Part shown: positions 36,629 through 48,396 of the stretch, in pieces
How the letters are laid out: the number at the start of each line of letters is the position of its first letter
Position numbering within the stretch: position 1 is the first letter of the stretch
Assembly (NCBI GenBank): GCA_963514005.1
Contig: OY740817.1
Coordinates: forward strand, 10,912,001-10,976,000
Reading direction: 5' to 3'
Origin: Raja brachyura
Taxonomy: Eukaryota
Length of the DNA stretch: 64,000 nt
Translations under genes and position numbers: made by a program
Notes under the pieces: generated by a model
Databases searched by the model: none
Seen by the model: the letters and a program-made list of their open reading frames with translations, nothing else
Told to the model about the DNA's origin: nothing

Positions 36629-37150
36629 AGGCGGCTCAGTGGCGCAGCAGTAGAGCTGCTGGTTTACGTCGCCAGAGACCAGGGTTCGATCCTGATTATG
36701 GCCGCTGTCTGTGGAATTTGTATGTTCTCCCTGTGACAGCCTGGGGTTCCTCCGGGTGCTCCGGTTTCCTCCCACACTCCAAAGACATGCAGGTTTGTAG
36801 ATTGTAGGCAAAAATGCTGGAGAAACTCAGCGGGTGACGCAGCATCTATTGAGTGAAGGAAATAGGCCACGTTTTGGGTCGAAACCCTTCTTCAGATGCT
36901 AGGCAACGTTTCAAAACAAAACGTTGCCTATTTCCTTCGCTCCATAGCTGCTGCCTCACTCACTGAGTTTCTCCAGCATTTTCGTCTACCTTCGATTTTC
37001 CAGCACCTGCAGTTCCTTCTTAAACAGGTTTGTAGATTATTTGGCTTTTGTAACATTGTCCTTGTGTGTTAAGGATAGAACTAGTGTGAACAGGTAATCG
37101 CTGGTCAGCACTGACAAAGGGCCTGTTTCCATGCTGAATCTCTAAACTTA
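36629..37150 (+). mobile_element. V-domain tRNA SINE containing a fold-back Penelope-derived insertion (36804-37024)
   Basis: B-box gggttcgatcc. The insert is flanked by a 14-bp direct repeat CAGGTTTGTAGATT (36790-36803 and 37025-37038). Confidence 0.8.
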
Positions 37151-37305
37151 AAAATTAACTAATGTGTTACTTCCTCAGTCCTACTCTGGATCATCACCTA
37201 AAGTGACAGACATTATGTGTTGTTCTTTGTTGTCATTTTGTTCCTCAAGTGCAAGGCAATAAAATCAATTGATAATGCATTTTCTTCCTCCATCTTAATT
37301 TACAG

Positions 37306-37452
37306 AGTTCCGCCCTGGGGAGCCATGGAAGGGTTTCCAAAACATTGACCCCGAATCGGATCCATATGCGACCCCAGCGAGCATGATAAACAGCTCTGCA
37401 GCACCCCCATCCCCAGATTCGGAACACCAACTTCTCAGGGACAGGAGCACAG
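37306..37452 (+). CDS. TNRC6B: TNRC6B exon with PAM2 core ([21 protein letters not shown])
   Basis: Acceptor aatttacag, donor CAG|gtatga. GW182 PAM2 (PABPC1-binding) motif WPPEF.PG.PWKG. Confidence 0.96.
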
Positions 37453-37711
37453 GTATGAGGGCATTCATTATTTCCAATTTTTTGTTACAATAGTTGTGAG
37501 AGACTAATGTCTGCTTTACTGAGACACCGCTCACCATCCCCAAGGAATGAAGTGGAAACTTTTCCCATTGCTGATCTGCATGTTTACCGCTTGCAGTGAT
37601 CATAAAAGTGGAATTGTGAAAGTATTTTAATGCGGAACATTTAAACACAAAGTGCATTCTTGATGAGAATATTTCCTGATCTTTGATTGTGCCTTTTTTG
37701 TTGGTCCACAG

Positions 37712-37807
37712 GGTCCAGTTCCTCCCTGAACACCTCGCTGCCTTCACCCGGTGCCTGGTCCTATAGTGCCTCAAACAGCTCCTACAGCACCGTACAGAGC
37801 ACTTCAG
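37712..37807 (+). CDS. TNRC6B: TNRC6B exon ([21 protein letters not shown])
   Basis: Acceptor ggtccacag, donor CAG|gttagg, 96 bp. Confidence 0.94.
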
Positions 37808-37857
37808 GTTAGGAGTACTACATTGGACCAACCATTGTCGAAACTTTATTTTCATTG

Positions 37858-38690
37858 CCATATAGTGCAGAAACGGGTCCTTTGGCCCAACTTACCTATG
37901 CCGACTCGGATGCCCCATCCATGATAGTCCCACCTGCTTGCGTTTGCTCTAGACATTTCCTACGCATGTACCAGTCCAAATGTCTTTTACATGGTGTCAT
38001 AGTATCTACCTCAACTGCATCCCCTGGCACCTCGTTCCATTTACCCACCATCCTCTGTGGAAAAAGTTGCCCCTCGGGTTCCTATTAAATCTTTCTCCTC
38101 TCACCTTAAACCCATGTCCTCCTGTTCTTGCTTTTTCCCTACTCTGGGTGAATGACTTAGTTCATTGATCCTATTTATTACCCTCATGATTTTATAACCT
38201 CCTTAAGATCACCGGTGTACGCTTCATGGAAAATAGTCCTAGCCGGTCCAGCCTCTCTGTGTAGCTCAGGCCCTCAAGCGCTGACAACATCCTCATAAAT
38301 CTGCACTCTTTTCAGTTTAACGACATCCTTCCTATAGCATGATGACCAAAACTGAACACAATAGACAATAGGTGCAGTAGGCCATTCGGCCCTTCAAGCC
38401 AGCACCGCCATTCAATGTGATCATCCCCAATCAGTACCCCGTTCCTGCCTTCTCCCCATATCCCTTGACTCCACTATTTTTAAGAGCCCTATCTAGCTCT
38501 CTCTTGAAAGCATCAAGAGAACCGGCCTCCACCGCCCTCTGAGGCAGAGAATTCCACAGACTCACAACTCTCTGTGAGAAAAAGTGTTTCCTCGTCTCCG
38601 TTCTAAATGGCTTATTCCTTATCTCCTAACTCCAAATGAATACTGAAGTCTCCAAATGTGACCTCCCCAATGCCTTGTACAACTGTGCTT
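37858..38690 (-). mobile_element. CR1 LINE 3' fragments (two subfamilies, one nested at ~38360-38625)
   Basis: Same tail family as 6310 and 60808. A second tail (caataggtgcagtaggccattcggccc) interrupts it. Confidence 0.7.
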
Positions 38691-39324
38691 TATAGGGCAA
38701 TATATATTACTCTTTATAATTCATGTGATATATAATATGAAATTTGCTGTGCAATTGTTTTAAATTAAAATGTAATTAAGCAGATTATGTTCTACATAAA
38801 CTACATTGTTTTCTGCAATAAAGTTGAAGAGGCAGCACATGGGTTAAGTTAGACAAAACTATAATTTCAATTCTATGTGTTCCTTCTAAACACTGCAATT
38901 CCTTCCTTGATTTATTATATTCCGCCCTTAGATCCTCTACCATCCAAGTTTCCTTGGTCCAAACAGTATTCTTTCCCATTCTACTATGCATAATATAATA
39001 CTTGATCGCGATTCACAGTTATGGGGCTTCTACTAATACACAATTTTGTTTCTGTGACTGCTAGTTTTGACTTTAGGACTGCAAGATGAAACTGATTAAC
39101 TGTTAATTTGATAATATTTGCACTTTCCTACAAATGTAGAGTAGGGATTATTAGAGATGTGTACTAAAATCAATTTTCCATTTAGTTTTATACTTGTAGG
39201 TGAATCTTTAGAATGATTTCAGTATATTATGGTGTTGTTTGGCCCCCTTAGTTTGGGGATTTTGATTCCGTCTCGCCGGTTCTTTGGTTATATTAACTGG
39301 CTTATGATCATGTTGTTGTTCCAG

Positions 39325-39534
39325 CCAAGTTCAGTGACTTCAAGTCTACGTGGTCTCCAGATCCAATTGGACATCCCAGGATGTGGAAAAATCAGATGTC
39401 ATCTAAAAACACTAACCCGCCAACACGGCCCCCACCGGGACTGACTAATCAGAAACCTCCGTCATTTCCGTGGGGCAGTGGAACGCCCCGGTTCAGCAGA
39501 GGATGGGGCATGCAAGAGTCACGATATGCCCTTA
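39325..39534 (+). CDS. TNRC6B: TNRC6B exon ([17 protein letters not shown]...[11 protein letters not shown]...RGWG)
   Basis: Acceptor ttgttccag, donor TTA|gtgcgt, 210 bp. Contains the PPGL (GIGYF-binding) motif. Confidence 0.92.
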
Positions 39535-39799
39535 GTGCGTACCTTACTACCTGCTTTTTCCCTCATCCGTGTTCTGTCTCTCTATATCTCTTTACCCAAT
39601 TCAAAGTTATGCTATCAGATTAATTCCGTGGGTTCACATCCTTGTTTTGGGTATGCATACATAATTAGTGAGAGGACATCCTAAGGCTCGACTCGGTCCA
39701 GCTGAACTTTGTGGCTGAAAAATTGTCCTGGGAGAATGAAGATCTATATACATGTTTCGGCTGATCTCTTCTCCAGTAAGGAAAAACATATTGATCAGA

Positions 39800-40600
39800 T
39801 GGTAAATTGGATGGTGCAATGGATGGATTTAATCCTGACGAGTGCAGGGTGATATATTGTGGGATGGCTTGTAAAGATAGGACTACACCATAAATGGTGA
39901 TGTTCCTAGGCAGTATTGATCGGAGGGAGCATGTCCCTCAAGGTGGCAGTACAAGTAAGTAAGGTAGTGAAGAATACACGTGAGGTGAGGTCTGCATTGG
40001 AATATAAGAACGGGAAGAGCATGGTGCAACTTTAGCAAACCTGGTTTAAGCCACAGCTGGAATATTGTGTGTAGTTCTGGTTGTCAGTGTACAGGAAGAT
40101 CACACGAGGGTGCTGGAGATTTACCAGGATGTTGCCTTGGATAGAATGCCTCAGTTATGAGGAGTGGCTGGGTTGTATTTCAAGGGTTGGGGGTGGGGGG
40201 GAGCTGAAGGGGAACCTGATAGATGAGTACAAAATTATGGGAGGCATGGATAGGGTGGATGCTGCAATTAAGAATGTTGTTGTTCTGTTTTGGGACCTAT
40301 GACAATAAAACCCTCTTGCTTTCACTCTTGATGTCTAAAACCTGGGGACAAGGGTTTAAAGTGAGGGGTAAAGGATTAAAGGGGTTCCAAGGTAAAATAA
40401 ATGGATGATTGGAAACTGCCTGATAAGACGGTAAAGGCAGGTTTACTCACAACATTTAAAAAGATAAAGTACTTGAATTGCCAAGGCATATAAGGTTATG
40501 GACTAAGTGGTGGTAAATGGGATTGGTAAACGGGATGTGTATTTGATGCACAGAATGGACACTTTGGGTCAAAGAACCTGGTACTGTTGTATGACACAAC
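39800..40600 (+). mobile_element. Decayed CR1 LINE ORF2 end
   Basis: CR1 signatures WCNGWIxNPDECRV, PQLEYCVxFW and RFTRMLP..LSYEEWL, degenerate. Confidence 0.75.
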
Positions 40601-41139
40601 ATGCTGTATACCAGATGCGGGATCCTCTGGAGTGGCATTAAATCAAGGCATTGAATCCTCGAGCAGAAGTAAAGGAAGCCACTGTTGGCTTTAATAAACA
40701 GATTTTGCAGTCAGCCAGATTGTGTCCTGTTCACGGAATTTTGCTGTGCTTGTATTTCCTTGCAATACTCACAGCAATTGCATATCAGACTTCAATCTGA
40801 TTGAATGGTGGAGCAGGCTTGAAGTAGTGTGTGGTCTCCTGTATCTGATATTCTGTGATCTTAGAAATGTAAATGTTCTGAGCCTGCATTAAAAGATAAT
40901 ATTGGCTGTAAAGTATTTTTAGACTCTTGTGGATGCACAAGTTTCTTCCTCCAAACTTATCAGTAATTAATAACAGTTCCCCATCAAATTTCAATTTTGC
41001 TCTGTTTCCTAGAGTTAATGAAGTTTAGGGTTTCTTATCTGTCACATCACATCTATTAAACTGGCTGCCTGTCATTTGCAGGAATAAAGCCTCCTAGGTT
41101 TTAACGAGAACTGTACCTCATCTCATCCTCTTTCTCTAG

Positions 41140-41219
41140 GTTCCAACTGGAGTGATGGCAATTCAGGTGGATCTGGCCGAGTCAGCTCCTGGCTTGTTCT
41201 TCATAATCTCACTCCACAG
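41140..41219 (+). CDS. TNRC6B: TNRC6B exon (SNWSDG...SWLVLHNLTPQ), RRM start
   Basis: Acceptor ctctttctctag, donor CAG|gtaatg, phase 1-0. Confidence 0.95.
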
Positions 41220-41384
41220 GTAATGGTGTGAAGCTTATCATTGACAAGAGGCATGTGACAGTGATGGTTGTGATTCCAGATGGGTTTATAATGTTTCTTT
41301 GGGACGTTCACTCAACATCATGGTCACATAGTGTCAGCTGGCATTGCATACAAGTCTCGGTATCCACCAGCGTTCAAGTATAAG

Positions 41385-41655
41385 CGAGTAGAGGTAGAGT
41401 TTCTGCCTTCCAGTGCCAGAGACCCGGGTTCGATCCTGATTACGGGTGATGTCTGTACTTTCTCTTTTTGATCGCGCGGGTTTTCTCCGGGTGCTCTGGT
41501 TTCCTCCTACATTCGAAAGACACAAGTTTATAGGTTAATTTGGCTTGGGTAATAATTGTAAATTGATCCTAGTGTGTTGGTATATGGGGGTCAATGATCG
41601 GCGCAGACTCAATAGGCTGAAGGGCCTGTTTTCGCGCTGCATCTCTAAACCAAAC
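41385..41655 (+). mobile_element. V-domain tRNA SINE
   Basis: ccagagacccgggttcgatcc (B-box) and tail gaagggcctgtttt..tctctaaaccaaac. Confidence 0.75.
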
Positions 41656-43202
41656 CAAAGGGGGGTATTTCTCTTGTGAACCCTTTCTGACATTAGTTTG
41701 TGGAGAGTGCAGGTGTGTTGAACTGTAGCTAATATCCTATACAGATTATAAGGAAAGATTAAATTACAGAGCACAAAGGAACGAAAAACTAATTGAGACG
41801 GGGTGGGAGATCAACTGATGCAAAGGAGCCAGAAACAAAGTCTGTCAAGGAAGAGGAACATAGAATTTCCTGAAAGCTTTGTATTATGAGAGCAGTAAAT
41901 TGCAGAGCACCCTGGTGTAAGCCTGACAATTTGAAACTGCCTTTGTTTATTGAACTACCTATTATTTTCCAGCAAGTGTAGTGGCACATGGTTTAATGTT
42001 TAAAAGCAAAGACATGGATATCGATGACAAAAAACAAACTGTCAAATACAACCTGTGGGGAAAAAGGCACAGAAATTATGACACCTGATCAGATGAATAG
42101 TTTTTGAGCTGAAAAGTGAAGTTTATTTTTCCATGGATATTACTTGATCAATAGGGTAGTTTAGTTTCGGGTGGAAACAGGCCCTTTGATCCACCCAGTC
42201 CATGCTGTCCAACGATCACTCTCAGCAATTTCTTATCTTGCTTCCACACAATGTCCTAGGGTACACTTTGTCGAGTCCCTGGGATTTGAACAGTTTGACA
42301 CATCTCAAAACCACCAACTTTGTACTCTTACTGCTCTTTTGTAATGTCTGTGTTTCAGGGCATCACTATTCTTATCTATGAATTTCCTAGCCTCCATGAC
42401 CTTCTCAACAGTAAATATAGTTGAAAAGTATTAATTCAAGACCATGTATTCATTCAAGACTCTTGTGACTCTACACTGATACTTGGTCTGCCAAGGATGT
42501 CTTGCATCTCCCTTTTGCTCTCCTGATATCCTTTGTAAGCACAGTCCTACATCCTTTGTTCCTTAGTCCCAGCTGCCTAACCTGACATGCTTCAATATTC
42601 CTTGTTAACCAGGCTTCCCAATTCTGCAAACCTAGCCCTTCACTCTAGTAGGGTTTGTTGTTCCTGAACTCCACCCATTTTACTTTTATCAGCCTCCCAC
42701 TTGCCAGACGCCCTTTAGCTGCAAATTGCCTCTCCCAATCAACCTTTGCAAGTTCCAGTTTAATGGCATCAAAATTAGTTGTGCCCCAATTTAGAAATTG
42801 AAGGCAGTGGGGAAGAAACGTTAGCAGGCGTTGCTCCAGGGCATTTGGAAGCTTTGCTCTTTGGTTGATATAATTGATCTGTGTTGTGTTTGGGTTCTTT
42901 GGATGCATTTCCAGGCCAGGACTTGACAGGGCAGATAACAAGATCACAGCTTGTGTGAACATTGATGCATACCAAATGACTACTGGCCTTTGGCTGGGAA
43001 AAGTAGGTGTTGGGCTTGCACTCCACCATTACACTCCTTCATTGGAAAAGTCCTAAACACTTGCTGTATATCAATTATGAAATCATTTGGATGGGTGACG
43101 GTTATAATTGAGGAAGGTGCTAGACTCTCATCAAACTTTTGAGGAACAATTTTTTAAAAAAAGGCAATTTAATTGAAAGAGTTTAATATTGCTTCCTCTC
43201 AG

Positions 43203-43342
43203 ATTGATGGCTCCACTCTCCGAACAATCTGCATGCAGCATGGGCCGCTGATAACATTCCACCTGAACCTGACGCACGGCACCGCATTGGTCCGGTACAG
43301 CACCAAACAAGAGGCTGCTAAGGCCCAGACTGCGCTGCACAT
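43203..43342 (+). CDS. TNRC6B: TNRC6B RRM exon ([23 protein letters not shown]...[16 protein letters not shown])
   Basis: Acceptor cttcctctcag, donor AT|gtaaat. RTICMQHG and [13 protein letters not shown] are TNRC6B-type. Confidence 0.96.
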
Positions 43343-43397
43343 GTAAATATCTGTTGTGCTGTTATCATGCTGTGTTTTAAAATATGTTCTCCTCAAG

Positions 43398-43690
43398 GTC
43401 AGCACAGTGGTGCAACGGTAGAGTTGCTGCCTTACAGTGCCGGAGACCCGGGTTCGATCCTGACTACAGGTTCTGTCTGTGCAGAGTTTGTATGTTTTCC
43501 CCGTAACCTACAAGGGTTTTCTCTGGGTGCTCTGGTTTCATCCCGCACTCCAAAGACATACAGGTTTGTAGGCTAATTGGCTTCTGTTAAATTATCCCTA
43601 GTATATGTAGGATAGTGTTAGTGTGCGGAGATCACTGGCCGGCATGGACTCGATGGACCTAAGGCCCTGTGGCCCGCTGTATCTCTAAAC
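43398..43690 (+). mobile_element. Full-length V-domain tRNA SINE (HE1-like)
   Basis: A-box-like gtggtgcaacggtag, B-box gggttcgatcc, V-domain agtttgtatgttttcccc, and a CR1-related tail. Confidence 0.8.
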
Positions 43691-44474
43691 TGGCTTTGAG
43701 ATAAGATGATTTCTCTGGCTGCTTCCTCCCTACCTAACTGAATTGCTCCCTGGTCAGGAAGGTGACAACAATCTATTCACAAACTGTTGATGCCTGATCT
43801 CCTTTCAGTATTGCATTCTGTTTTGAATTTTGATGACTGAGGAGAATGCATACAAAAACACACAATTAAAACAGCAAGTGAACCTCCACTTGCAATGAGA
43901 AGAGTTCTTTCTGCTGGAGCTTAAAAGCTGCCAATATTGGGAAGCACAAATGAAAAGAGAAAATGCTGGAAATCCCCAACAGAGAGCAAGTTTCTGAATG
44001 GGAAACGGCAGGTTAGAACCATGATTGGGTGTGTTTCATCAAAGTCCATAGCATTAGAGCAGTGCTGAAAACTCCTGCACATTTACAGCATTTCTCACTC
44101 TTTGTTTTCAATGTTTTGTAACACCACTGCAACAGAATGGTTGCTTTTCTGTTTTGGGTGGCGTTAATCAATTGGAGTTGAGAAAATAAAGCAGTAGTTG
44201 ACCAAGCAGAGTTGAGTTTCTGGTTAACAGTGAATTGTCACAGGATGAGATTACCAAATCTCTGATCACTTGGCTCGTGAATTTATGTATCCAATGCTTT
44301 ACCAGGTTGATGCAGATGAATGAATAATCCCACTTTTGGGGAAGTAAATGAAAAAATTAGTATGGAGAAAGAAAAATAAAACAATATGCTGCTTTTTCAC
44401 CATTAACATTTTTGAGCACATTTCAGTGTCTCGGTGTCGTCCTTGAAACAATTCCCTGTTATTTTATTTTGCAG

Positions 44475-44844
44475 GTGTGTGTTGGGGAACACTACCATCC
44501 TTGCTGAGTTTGTCAGTGAAGAGGAAGTCAACCGCTATTTTGCACAAGGTCAGTTATCGACACCTTCCCCAGGCTGGCAGACGCTGGAGACAGGACAGAG
44601 TCAGATGGATCCAGTGGGGAGCAGCCTGCATTCGTTCGGAGGCCGGGCCAGCCTGGGACAGTGGAACAGTGCCGGAGGAGTGGGCAGGGGTAGTGGGAAC
44701 TTGGCAGGAGCTTCGCTCTGGGCGACCCCGAGCTACACGGCAAGCTTGTGGGGTGCCCCGAATTCTGACGATTCGCACCGAATGGGAAGTCCAGCGCCCC
44801 TACTACCTGGTGACCTCCTGGGTGGAGGGGCTGATTCAATTTGA
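44475..44844 (+). CDS. TNRC6B: TNRC6B last coding exon ([12 protein letters not shown]...[15 protein letters not shown])
   Basis: Acceptor ttttattttgcag, stop TGA 44842-44844. C-terminus [21 protein letters not shown] is TNRC6B-type. Confidence 0.97.
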
Positions 44845-46406
44845 ACTTTTAAGCTTTCAACCTTTGACCTGTGACCTCGTGAACTTTTTTGAACAGCAGC
44901 ACTAATGTGTTTTTTTTCAAACTGCAATAAGTTTCAAGACAAGTTTAAAGAAAAAAAAAGGAGAAAAAAAAGAAAAAAGTGAAACAAATTAAGGGGGTCA
45001 TCCACAGTCTCTTTTGTGCACATAGACACCTCCCTCCTAATTTTCGGCTACTTTTTTTTAATCAAAAAAAAATAAAAAACAAAAAACAAAAAAAACATAT
45101 CACACTTCAAAATACTTGAATCATGAACGCCAACATTAAAAATGTGAAGTACACTTTACCATCACACAATAAATAAGTTTTTTAAAAAGGTAGTATAGTT
45201 TTTTTTCCTTACATGATTTTTTTTTCCCCCTCCATATTGAGAAGTTGTTGCAACAGGATATTTACTGAAAACACAAAGCAGGCTTTTTAAAATCTTTTTT
45301 TTGCACTGGGCACGTTTCTGTCCTCTGACATGCAATAGCGGAGACGCAGCAGAACCTCACGTATTAAAGCTAGTGATTGACCAGGACGGATATCGACCCT
45401 CGCAGTCACTTATTAGATGTACAATTTACAGGCTATTACTATGCACCCGTACCAGTGCTGTGTGTGCCAGCCTTCAGGGCTGGACAGCAGCAGTTACCAA
45501 TGTCAGACCTGCATTGTGGGATGGTGTGGGGTTGGAATTTAGAACAGATTCTTAAACTGCTCCCCTGATAACTAAATAAACCACCAGGACCACTACTAAA
45601 TCACACTGACCAGAGAAGTTCCACTTGATTTCTGGTCAGTGCTGAATTAGCTTATTTTTTTCAGCCACAGAGGCTGTTATCCTAGGGCTTAAATTGATGT
45701 TCATTGGCCCCTCCGCCACTGTATACAAGCTGGTCGGAGGGTCAGAAAGAAATCATTTGTAGTTTCCATTTGTACATGTGGCTTTCCGGTGGGGTCAGGG
45801 TCGAACAAAGCTGCAATGGCCTCTGCGGTTGAATACCCTGCCCATATTCGTTGTCTAGGGTCAGGAATGAATAATAGCTGCTTGGGCAAGGTTGCAAAGG
45901 GCTGTTAAATTATTGGCCCAGCATGACTGATAATCTTAAGGAGGGGGGGGAAATGGCATCTCAAGAGCATTAACCTCCATCTGCTTCTAGAAGTGTGGAG
46001 AATGGTATTTGTGTCATAGGTGTCTCTGGTTGATTAAGGCTCTGGGCATAACTTGGGTTATCGCTTCCCAGAGTTAGTCTTTTAATCCAAGGAGATGCTG
46101 TTCCACTCCAATTTTGCCCATTGCCTCCTTTGTCCAATCAAAGGTTGTCTTAACTCATTTCAGTTGATAATTAAGATGTTCCCAGCCCTTTGCTACAATG
46201 CTGCTTCTTTTGCGCTCTATTCAGTTTGGTTACCTAATTTGTCTGCAGAAGATTTGTAACACACCCAGTGATAGATAGCAAGGCACAATCTTGCGCTGAT
46301 GAAGATAGTACCACACTGCTTATTGTGTCATTTCATCACCTATAGCTGGTGCTGTTTACCATGCGCCACAGTTTAGCGTTGCAGTAGTGTCTTTATTTCC
46401 TTCTCA

Positions 46407-46433
46407 CTCTCTCTCTCTCTCTCTCTCTCTCTC
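46407..46433. repeat. (CT)n microsatellite
   Basis: Direct reading of the sequence. Confidence 0.9.
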
Positions 46434-48321
46434 CCCCCCTATCTCTCCCTCTTCCCACCTTCCCTCTGTCTCTGGGCTATGCTGCCCTCTGAATGCTACA
46501 CTCTAATGACATAAGCACTTAAAAACGATGTAGGTTAGAAAACTTAGTGTAGAGGTTTTCAAGGTAAATTTACATGTTGCACTCAGTTTCAAAGTGTAGG
46601 GGGGGACTTGCATTGTGTACTGTAACAAGCTTTATCATTTTGTAAACTGGGGGGATTCCTGGCGGGTCAGTCATTTCCCTGCCCCCTCCCCCTTGAGGTA
46701 TTTCAAAACACTTAGCTAATCCAATGAAGGTGTTGCCGTAATTTAATAAAAATAACTCCTTTGAAAATAGTCCTCCCTCCTTTTGTATATGTTTTGTGTT
46801 TTTTTAATCTTTGAGCAGAAATGTAGCTTTCCAATTGGCTTGGCTGGCTTGAGCCTTCCTCCGTTCACCTGGACTGCCTGTAAATTGACACTTTCACAAA
46901 ATGCTTGTAGCCACCCACAAAGCCTCATTGGCACAAGCCTGCAAAATTGGTTTACAGCCAGCTGTTTACATCCCACAGTCCCCGGCATCTCCACTCTTAA
47001 CAAAACCTTCTCTGTAACTGCACAGGGATTTTGGAATAGGACCGAGCTCTGGGGACAACCTTGCTTATGGCTACAATAACGCTTGCTGTGCGCAACTCAC
47101 TTTCCTTTCCTTAAACCATGCAGGTTATTTCTTTGAAATTACGGTCCATCTGTGACAGCAAGACATTCTGTGGCCATTCTGTGTACTTGCTGACCTGAAG
47201 TATGCAAACAAATGTTGCTGCAAACCTAGGTTTAAGGTTACATCAAACTGTGTAGGAATAGCTTTAGCATATTATTTTGTTTACACCAAACATTGAGCAT
47301 GTCTGCATGCGTATGCAGAGCAATGATGCACGTGCATTAAGGGATCACAGCTGGGACTCTTAAGCAGACCTGGTGTGACCACAGCATCGAACAAAATGTC
47401 CAATATAAACTTTAAAGATACTGAAAGTGTATTTCTTTAAAATGTTACATCAGGCGCATTTAATGAGTGGGTGTGTGTCTGTCTCCTGTCCAATTTCAAT
47501 TAGTGACATTATTGCTGATTTCACCCTCTTGAAATCAAATAATTCAATCATTTGTATTGAGTATACAACAGTTGCGCTGGAAACTGGCACACATCCTTAA
47601 TAATATATCTAAACACACACACACACACCCCTCAATAGGTAGCAGACTATTTCAGTCATGCTGCTGTACAGGCTGGTACTGGGTCTCAATTAATGGTGGA
47701 TAAATGCCGAACGCAGAGAGGAGTATCAGTACCTTTGTTCACTGGTCGATCACTATATAAAATTTATAAACGTTTACGTATGAATGTTCTTTAGTAGTTT
47801 AAAAGCAGTTTGTGCTTTCCTTTATTTCCTCCCATTCATGTTTTAAGCCCACTTGGGTGAATCTAGTGAGAAAAGCATTTACTTGTTTAGGAAACTATAT
47901 AAAAATGTTGTTAATGTTGTTTAAAGTATTGCACCTTTTTTCTGTTTTTTAATTGTCCTCATTGTGTTTTGCTGTAGTGTTAATTATTTTTCTTTATAAA
48001 GAAAGTAAAGCATTGTAGAATGGGTATGAGGGAGAAGGGGCAGCATGGTAATGGACAATGAGCAGTGACAAACAGTGAAGGGGAAAGGGAAGGACATTAG
48101 TCATTCTTTGAATGTCTTCACCTTGAGCTTTAAGGCACGCCGCTGTCGCATCAGTTCAGTGATTAAAAGTAGCTGTAATTACAAGTTACTATTTTAATCT
48201 AGCTTCTGATCCAACCAGCCAACCTGTAAAAAACCTTTGCCTTTCCCCCACTCATACATATTGTCACTTTTGCATTTACCATGCTTATCCCACCCCTGCC
48301 CTCCTCCCCAGTTCTAGCTCG

Positions 48322-48356
48322 TATATATATACACACACACACACACACAACACGCG

Positions 48357-48394
<38 letters not shown>
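48322..48394. repeat. (TA)n/(CA)n compound microsatellite
   Basis: Direct reading of the sequence. Confidence 0.9.

Positions 48395-48396
<2 letters not shown>

Noticed and set aside
43398-43470. tRNA-like A and B boxes here and at other SINE heads
   Set aside because: They continue into V-SINE bodies, so they are not tRNA genes.
48131-48140. TAAGGCACGC matches the first 10 nt of mature miR-124
   Set aside because: The match stops after 10 nt and no complementary precursor arm is evident. Treated as chance.
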